Positions 57,480 to 64,000 of a DNA stretch of 64,000 nucleotides are shown piece after piece; positions within the stretch are counted from its first letter, which is position 1; the number at the start of each line of letters is the position of its first letter. The translations under genes and the position numbers were made by a program. The notes under the pieces were generated by a model. That model worked only from the letters and a program-made list of their open reading frames with translations, did not search any database and was not told the DNA's origin. The stretch is from an uncultured virus (IMG/VR IMGVR_UViG_2684623068_000003) (taxonomy: Duplodnaviria; Heunggongvirae; Uroviricota; Caudoviricetes): IMG/VR virus record IMGVR_UViG_2684623068_000003; one strand, written 5' to 3'.

Positions 57480-59252
57480 ATGATTACCACGGACACATCA
57501 CTCCTTCATGACCCGAGGCGACAGGCGGCCTTGCTCTACTGGCAAGGTTTTTCACCCCGTCAGATCGCCGAAACGCTCGGTCAGAAAATCCCGACCGTCA
57601 ACAGTTGGAAACGCCGCGATAAATGGGACGACATTCACCCGATTTCCCGCGTGGAAACCAGTATCGAATCCCGCTTAATTCAACTGATAGCTAAGCCTAA
57701 AAAGGATGGGGGCGACTACAAAGAGATTGACCTGCTAGGCCGCCAGATTGAGCGCCTAGCGCGCGTGAATCGCTATAGCCAAACCGGCAACGAGGCCGAC
57801 TTAAATCCGAACGTGCGCAACCGCAATAAGGGCGAGCGTAAAGCACCGAAAAAGAACTATTTCAGCGACGAGGCCATCGAGAAACTCAAGTCGATTTTTT
57901 TCGAACAATCTTTCGGCTACCAGCTCGGCTGGCATGAGGCCGGGCTTAAATACCGTATTCGCGACATTCTCAAATCGCGCCAGATTGGCGCTACGTTTTA
58001 CTTTTCGCGTGAGTCGCTACTGCGTGCGCTCGATACCGGCCACAACCAGATTTTTCTCTCGGCCAGTAAGACTCAGGCTTATGTGTTCCGTGAATACATC
58101 ATCCAGTTTGCGCGCATGGTGGATGTGGAGCTCACCGGCGATCCGATTGTGCTCGGCAATAACGGCGCAAAGCTGATTTTTCTTGGCACCAACTCCAACA
58201 CAGCGCAGAGCCATAATGGCGACCTATTGGTCGATGAGATTTTCTGGATCCCCAATTTCCAGAAACTGCGAAAAGTGGCGTCAGGTATGGCCTCGCAAAA
58301 ACATCTGCGTACCACCTATTTCTCGACGCCGTCCACACTGGCACATGGCGCGTATCCGTTCTGGTCGGGTGAACTATTTAACAAAGGGCGCAGCAGCGCC
58401 GACGACCGTGTCGATATTGATATCAGCCACGGCGCACTGGCGAAAGGCGCGCTGTGTGCCGACGGACAATGGCGGCAGATTGTCACCATCGAGGATGCGC
58501 TCGCCGGTGGCTGCGACCTATTCGATCTCGATACGTTAAAACGGGAAAACAGCGCCGAGGATTTCCGCAACCTGTTTATGTGTGAGTTTGTCGACGATAA
58601 GGCCTCGGTGTTCCCTTTCGAGGAGCTGCAAGCCTGTATGGTCGATTCGAGGCTGGAGTGGGAAGACTTTATCCAGATTGACCAACACCCTCGACCGTTT
58701 GGTTATCGTCCTGTGTGGATTGGTTATGACCCGTCGAACACCGGCGACAGCGCGGGCTGTGTGGTGATGGCACCTCCCGCCGTTCCGGGCGGTAAGTTCC
58801 GTATTCTGGAGCGCTACCAGTGGAAAGGCATGGACTTTGCCACACAGGCCGAATCCATCAAGGCACTAACTGAAAAATACGTCGTGGAATATATCGGCAT
58901 TGACGCCACCGGCATCGGGCAAGGCGTTTACCAACTGGTGCGCAACTTCTTCCCAGCGGTGCGAGAAATTCGCTATAGCGCCGAGGTGAAAACCAACATG
59001 GTGCTAAAAGCAAAAGACCTCATCACTACTGGGCGATTGGAGTACGACATCGCCTACACCGATATCACGCTCTCGTTTATGGCCATACGTAAAACCATGA
59101 CGGCCAGCGGGCGCGGCATGACCTACGTCGCCAGCCGTAGCGAGGAAGTCAGCCACGCTGATATCGCATGGGCGGCCATGCACGCCATGATTAACGAACC
59201 GCTCACCGCCGGTAACGGCAACGTCACCCCTTCAATTTTGGAATTTAACTAA
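57480..59252 (+). CDS. P: Terminase ATPase subunit gpP
   Basis: DPRRQAALLYWQG, LKSRQIGAT. Confidence 0.96.
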   Translation: MITTDTSLLHDPRRQAALLYWQGFSPRQIAETLGQKIPTVNSWKRRDKWDDIHPISRVETSIESRLIQLIAKPKKDGGDYKEIDLLGRQIERLARVNRYSQTGNEADLNPNVRNRNKGERKAPKKNYFSDEAIEKLKSIFFEQSFGYQLGWHEAGLKYRIRDILKSRQIGATFYFSRESLLRALDTGHNQIFLSASKTQAYVFREYIIQFARMVDVELTGDPIVLGNNGAKLIFLGTNSNTAQSHNGDLLVDEIFWIPNFQKLRKVASGMASQKHLRTTYFSTPSTLAHGAYPFWSGELFNKGRSSADDRVDIDISHGALAKGALCADGQWRQIVTIEDALAGGCDLFDLDTLKRENSAEDFRNLFMCEFVDDKASVFPFEELQACMVDSRLEWEDFIQIDQHPRPFGYRPVWIGYDPSNTGDSAGCVVMAPPAVPGGKFRILERYQWKGMDFATQAESIKALTEKYVVEYIGIDATGIGQGVYQLVRNFFPAVREIRYSAEVKTNMVLKAKDLITTGRLEYDIAYTDITLSFMAIRKTMTASGRGMTYVASRSEEVSHADIAWAAMHAMINEPLTAGNGNVTPSILEFN

Positions 59253-60274
59253 TGAGCAAACGTAAAGGCCACCGCGCCAAAAAAATGACCGCGCAGTCTG
59301 ACGCCTCAGTGCAGGCGTTTACCTTCGGTGAGCCTTCGGCGGTGTTAGACCGTCGCGACATTCTCGATTACGCCGAGTGCATCAATAACGGCAAATGGAT
59401 CGAGCCGCCGGTGAGATTTGCGGGACTGGCGAAAAGCCTGCGCGCCGCCGTCCACCACAGCTCGCCAATTTATGTAAAGCGCAACATTCTCGCCAGCACC
59501 TTTATCCCGCACCCGTTACTGAGTCAGCAGGAGTTTAGCCGCTACGTGCTCGACTATCTGGTCTTCGGAAATGCTTTTTTAGAAAAGCGTTTTAATCAGC
59601 TTGGTGAGGTCATGCGACTGGAGTGCTCACCGGCGAAATATACCCGCCGAGGTGTTGAGGAGGATGTTTATTGGTTCGTGCAGTCATTCAAAGAGCCGCA
59701 CCGCTTCGCGCCGCGTTCGGTGTTCCATTTGATTGAGCCAGATATTAATCAGGAGCTGTACGGCTTGCCGGAATATATGAGCTCGCTCAACTCGGCGTGG
59801 CTGAATGAATCCGCTACCCTATTCCGCCGCAAGTATTACCAGAACGGCGCGCACGCTGGCTACATCATGTACGTGACCGACGCCGCACAGAGTAATACCG
59901 ACGTTGAGGCACTGCGTGAGGCGATGCGCAGCTCGAAAGGACTGGGTAATTTTAAAAACCTGTTTTTCTACGCGCCGAACGGTAAACCGGATGGGATCAA
60001 GATTGTGCCGCTCAGCGAGGTAGCGACCAAGGATGATTTCTTTAACATCAAGAACGCGACCCGCGATGACTTGCTCAGCGCTCACCGCGTGCCACCCCAG
60101 ATGATGGGCGTCGTACCCAATAACACCGGCGGCTTTGGTGACGTCGTCAAAGCGGCTCAGGTTTTTGTACGCAACGAGCTAACGCCCTTACAGGAGCGCA
60201 TCAAAGAGGTGAATGACTTTCTCGGTCAGGAAGTGGTTCGCTTTAAGCCTTACGAGCTACCGAAAAACAAGTAA
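59252..60274 (+). CDS. Q: Portal protein gpQ
   Basis: Homologue of 11048-12064. Confidence 0.96.
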   Translation: MSKRKGHRAKKMTAQSDASVQAFTFGEPSAVLDRRDILDYAECINNGKWIEPPVRFAGLAKSLRAAVHHSSPIYVKRNILASTFIPHPLLSQQEFSRYVLDYLVFGNAFLEKRFNQLGEVMRLECSPAKYTRRGVEEDVYWFVQSFKEPHRFAPRSVFHLIEPDINQELYGLPEYMSSLNSAWLNESATLFRRKYYQNGAHAGYIMYVTDAAQSNTDVEALREAMRSSKGLGNFKNLFFYAPNGKPDGIKIVPLSEVATKDDFFNIKNATRDDLLSAHRVPPQMMGVVPNNTGGFGDVVKAAQVFVRNELTPLQERIKEVNDFLGQEVVRFKPYELPKNK

Positions 60275-60292
60275 CGAACAGACAACCACAAC

Positions 60293-60315
60293 AGCCGCCG
60301 CCGGGCGGCTTTTTT
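60293..60315 (+). terminator. Terminator after Q
   Basis: AGCCGCC-GCCG-GGCGGCT then T run. Confidence 0.85.
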
Positions 60316-60327
60316 GTATCCCTCACC

Positions 60328-60357
60328 AGCGCCCACAGGAGCGCCCACAGGAGCGCC
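60328..60357. repeat. 12-bp tandem repeat x2.5
   Basis: AGCGCCCACAGG AGCGCCCACAGG AGCGCC. Confidence 0.85.
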
Positions 60358-60467
60358 AGCACCGCGAGGACGCAGAAAGACGCATCAACATCCAAACCGA
60401 CACCCCAAACAGCACCACGACGCCCTCAGACGATCATAGATAACTGTATTAACACCCTCAGCGCGCA

Positions 60468-60486
60468 ATGCTATCCCCGCCTCGCC
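60468..60486 (-). other. cos site of prophage 2
   Basis: GGCGAGGCGGGGATAGCAT, one base different from the prophage 1 cos. Confidence 0.93.
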
Positions 60487-60730
60487 TGCCCGCTTTAGGG
60501 GGTGGTTTTTATGCACTTGCATGAGCCCGCCCAAGCTGCGCCAGCGCTGGCGCAAAGCGATAAAAAAAAAGTTAAAGTTGCATGCATTTAAATGCAAGCT
60601 CATGCAATGCATACTAACTTTCTATAGACATATTTAAATTAATTTATTTCAGAAACCTATACATTAATTTATCGTAATATGTACATTTATATATTTTTGC
60701 TTTTCAAATCTACTAAAAACCCATGTTTTA

Positions 60731-62464
60731 TTATGGGAATATTGGAATTACAGAAAAATTCACAATACGCGTAGTTGTATTAATCCCCTGATATACAGTG
60801 GTTTGTGTAATCTGGTTGGATACCTCATCATATTTCATTGTATCAGTGAGACATGCTAAAGCCACCTCTGGATTTTTTTTGTACAAAATTGCATATCTTT
60901 TATTCATCCATGCCAGCACACAACGATGTAACGCATTTGTTCCTTCTTCAATATTTTTTGGATGTAGTTTTAACCCAAGCACATTCAGAATAAAACTTAA
61001 AAACCTTGCCCCCTTATAATTTGGAAACCTTTCCATTTCAATTACTTCCTCATATAATAGCCGACGTAATTTATGTTTTATAATTTCACTAGGTTTACCA
61101 TGTATACTAGAAGTTTGGAAAAAACCGTCTAAGACAGTATTATGCTGAATTGACCAACAGTCCCAGATAGGACTTTTTACAGCTGATGCATAATATATTA
61201 CATCTAGCATATTCTTTGCTACAGCATCATATATTGAGTGATATCTATATCTCCCCACCCCCTTTACCTTATTTCTCAAGACAAAATTAGAAGGTTTTTT
61301 AACATTACTTATCTCACACGAAACTTCATTTAAAAAATTGACACAAACATCCAATCGTCGAACTGGTTCAGAATCCCAACTACCAAGCATGCCATTTACT
61401 TTATAAATCCCACTACTTTCATCAGTAATATAACCCAAAGCTCTATTTATCATTGTAGGGCTCTGACAAATAACGCCTTGCAAATAAGATTTAATTGTAA
61501 GAAGAAAAGCGTTGCAGAAAACATCAAATTGTTTAACAGACCAATGCTTTCGAATTTCGCTGTCAATATCGAAAACTATAGATAAATTTTCAACAAGAAC
61601 ATAATTTTTGAACAAAGCAGTACTTAAAGGTTTTACATATCCTATAAATCCAGAATCATAATAATTAGACTCATGATACAAAAATGAGTCTGTATTTAAT
61701 ATTGCTTCTGTGAAAAAATTTTTTGCAAAAATATCAACATTAATTCGATATTTTTTGCAATTATCCATTTCAGTAAAGAGTAGTATGGAAAGTGGAAGTG
61801 CCGACTCAGCCACAGCTTTGCAAAAACGCTTATCAGATATAAGCACAAGGATTTCATTTGCAACTAACTCAACTAAAGGCGTTTTCTTTACACTTTCCCC
61901 TCCATCTTTCTCAGAACCATTTGTTGCATACTTAACAAGGTTTGGGATAGACCTTGTAATCTCATCGGCTATAACAATCAAATCATTTTTATACCCACGA
62001 ACAATATAGCCATACAATACATTCCCATACTTTTTAGCCGTCCAGCGTGAAAAAACAGATGGCCTAATAAAAGCAAAAAAAACCCATACAAGGAATATGA
62101 GAAAAAACACGCCAGCTAAAAGCGCTTGCCAACCAGCTTGACTAATTAAGCTACCTTTCAAAACTGGCCAGCCTTGCGCTCGCCATAGGTCAGTTAATAA
62201 TGATAATACTCCGACTAGCGTAACCGTGTAGAAAGTAATTTTTTCAAGAGCTAGAGGTGCAGTTTTAATTCGAAATCGATATCGAGTATCTGCTATTGTC
62301 CATGCTAGTATCATTAATGCCAAGCCAGCAAGAAACTCTGAAAAACCGAAGATTTTTGGACCATTCTGGTTGAGGTTGACAAAGCATAAAAGCTCAGTGC
62401 AATTTTTAGTCATGATAATAAGCTTATTATAAGAAATGTATACCATAGTATCTAATTTTAACAT
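60731..62464 (-). CDS. AT-rich hypothetical protein with ~3 N-terminal TM helices (A-cos accessory locus)
   Basis: 577-aa ORF, start uncertain; hydrophobic segments FLAGLALMILAW, FYTVTLVGVLSLL, ALLAGVFFLIFLVWVFFAF. Confidence 0.8.
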   Translation of the reverse strand: MLKLDTMVYISYNKLIIMTKNCTELLCFVNLNQNGPKIFGFSEFLAGLALMILAWTIADTRYRFRIKTAPLALEKITFYTVTLVGVLSLLTDLWRAQGWPVLKGSLISQAGWQALLAGVFFLIFLVWVFFAFIRPSVFSRWTAKKYGNVLYGYIVRGYKNDLIVIADEITRSIPNLVKYATNGSEKDGGESVKKTPLVELVANEILVLISDKRFCKAVAESALPLSILLFTEMDNCKKYRINVDIFAKNFFTEAILNTDSFLYHESNYYDSGFIGYVKPLSTALFKNYVLVENLSIVFDIDSEIRKHWSVKQFDVFCNAFLLTIKSYLQGVICQSPTMINRALGYITDESSGIYKVNGMLGSWDSEPVRRLDVCVNFLNEVSCEISNVKKPSNFVLRNKVKGVGRYRYHSIYDAVAKNMLDVIYYASAVKSPIWDCWSIQHNTVLDGFFQTSSIHGKPSEIIKHKLRRLLYEEVIEMERFPNYKGARFLSFILNVLGLKLHPKNIEEGTNALHRCVLAWMNKRYAILYKKNPEVALACLTDTMKYDEVSNQITQTTVYQGINTTTRIVNFSVIPIFP

Positions 62465-62615
62465 TTTTGGCTAATCCATTAACCAACTAAAACACTGTTC
62501 TTCACCCATATAAAAATCACCACTTGCAGTTTTAATTGTACTTACAGTGCTCACTGCATCTCGTCTTTAGTGATTTTTAATGTCTGCAAATTAGAACATT
62601 ATGAACTTCATATTA

Positions 62616-64000
62616 TTATGGATACCATTCATCTAAGCTCGGATATGAGAATACTATTCCATCATAAACTAGTGATGCCCCCCGAGCTAACGCTTCAAGC
62701 TCCCAGCGCTGCGCAGTAATACCTTCTTTAGCTAAAGATCGGCTTATTTTCCACGTTCGCTCCCGTTCGCAGTGGGTCAGTCGCGCCGACGGCGCTAAAT
62801 CACGCGGTTTATTCGGTTCTGCACTACGTTGATGCCGATTCACTCTTCCCAACTGTGCCTTTGCTGAGTCTCTAATCACCTTGGCAGCGTCGGGGTCGTT
62901 CCAGCTAACATCGCCGCTTTCTATAAGTTTCATCACCGCTGAGGCGTATTCAGACGGTGTAACCGGTGGTGTTATATCAACACTATGATGCCCTTCCCCA
63001 CAGTTATTGACAGGACTCCGAGGCGCGCCAGAGGCGCTTTTTAAAGTCAAAGGATCAAGGTCAACGGCCTTGCTGACGATGCGCCATTGAGTCTCGCGAG
63101 TTTTGTGGATGTGGCTTTCACCAAGATGCGGCGCAAAGATGCCGACAACCTTCGGGACTTCTTCGTCGTATTCGTTGAGCTCGTCGGCTATCTCGCGAGC
63201 GACACGAACGGTCTGTAAATCTCTTGCTACATTTGCACCGCCCTGCGCCTCGATATAGGCCGCAAAGTCACCACCGTCGGCAGCTGCTCGCACAGCCTCG
63301 ACGCTTTCATCAAAACTATCGGCGATACTGATACCCCGTAGGCTTTGGCGGCGACACTCACGGTATGCGCCCATTGTAGGAATACCAATCGGGTGAAATT
63401 GTGGAATACGCCAGATAGACGCCCATGCTGTAACGGCGGCGGCGGTCTGAGATAAGGGCTTGCCGGTGTCATGGTCTATTTCGCCGTCAAGCGCATAACC
63501 ATCGATATTTTTAGAAACGTATTTAGCGATGTAGGCTACCGCGCCGCCTTTGTTCAGGTGCTTACACTCAAAGCGCTGCTTACGAGCTCCGCGTTCGTCA
63601 CCGTCTTCTTTTAACGCGTAACGTTGCATAATCTCGACAATAGCCGCGCGTTGTTTGCGGTCGCAAAACAGCACCATATGCCAGTGAGGTGTCCCGTCGT
63701 GGTGAGGCTCAACCACACGAATCCCATAGACGTTTAGATCGCGGTCTTTGAATGCGGTGCGCATCTTGCTCCAGATTCTGACTAGATAACGCTGGCCATC
63801 TTTCGGGGAAAAGGCTTCTCCATCCCACTTGTGGTTAAGCTGGCATTGTTTGTCACGCTTGTTTTTTACCTTGCGGGTCGGGTGATATTTCGAGGGCGTG
63901 GTGATGGTGACAAACATACCGATGTGATTTTTTTCAACGGCATATTTTCCGATACCGTAAATAGTGCTCATCAGCTCCATGCGGCGAATCTCAGGGTTAG
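62616..64000 (-). CDS. A: Replication endonuclease gpA (3' part; runs off the window)
   Basis: EPHHDGTPHWH, YIAKYVSKNIDG. Confidence 0.95.
   Translation of the reverse strand, partial: NPEIRRMELMSTIYGIGKYAVEKNHIGMFVTITTPSKYHPTRKVKNKRDKQCQLNHKWDGEAFSPKDGQRYLVRIWSKMRTAFKDRDLNVYGIRVVEPHHDGTPHWHMVLFCDRKQRAAIVEIMQRYALKEDGDERGARKQRFECKHLNKGGAVAYIAKYVSKNIDGYALDGEIDHDTGKPLSQTAAAVTAWASIWRIPQFHPIGIPTMGAYRECRRQSLRGISIADSFDESVEAVRAAADGGDFAAYIEAQGGANVARDLQTVRVAREIADELNEYDEEVPKVVGIFAPHLGESHIHKTRETQWRIVSKAVDLDPLTLKSASGAPRSPVNNCGEGHHSVDITPPVTPSEYASAVMKLIESGDVSWNDPDAAKVIRDSAKAQLGRVNRHQRSAEPNKPRDLAPSARLTHCERERTWKISRSLAKEGITAQRWELEALARGASLVYDGIVFSYPSLDEWYP

Larger units (their letters stand above)
38000..64000 (-). 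mobile_element. P2-like prophage 2 (tail-defective, continues beyond window)
   Basis: Reverse-oriented ogr-D-U-T-E-(deleted FII..J)-W-V-[cargo]-S-R-lys-X-L-M-N-O-P-Q-cos-[cargo]-A. Confidence 0.96.

Noticed and set aside
1..64000. tRNA or rRNA genes
   Set aside because: No cloverleaf or rRNA-like sequence recognised

Overview
The window holds two P2/186-like (Peduovirus-type) prophages in inverted orientation, their ogr ends facing each other across about 3.5 kb of enterobacterial host DNA (porin, lipoprotein, LysM/BON protein Kbp). Prophage 1 (1-~34500) is nearly complete, from int to ogr, and looks SOS-inducible (tum plus LexA boxes). It has apparent 1-bp frameshifts in cI, in the gene after cI and in gpD. 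It carries a fused BsuBI/PstI-type restriction-modification gene and a Septu-like ATPase+HNH pair. Prophage 2 (~38000 to beyond the window end) is tail-defective (deletion from mid-J to the end of FII, plus an R-S fusion). The most striking feature is the S-V locus. In both prophages it is bounded by the same two 28-bp sites (11-bp arm, 6-bp spacer, 11-bp arm; spacer TCGCTC or TGGCAC) but holds completely different cargo. In prophage 2 these sites recur back-to-back between successive AT-rich genes (RelA/SpoT-HEPN fusion, integrase remnant, Cys-motif protein, TIR protein, membrane protein, HigBA). This resembles an integron/pdif-like cassette array of candidate anti-phage genes with no dedicated recombinase beside it. 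All calls come from reading the sequence and recalled family motifs; no searches were run.
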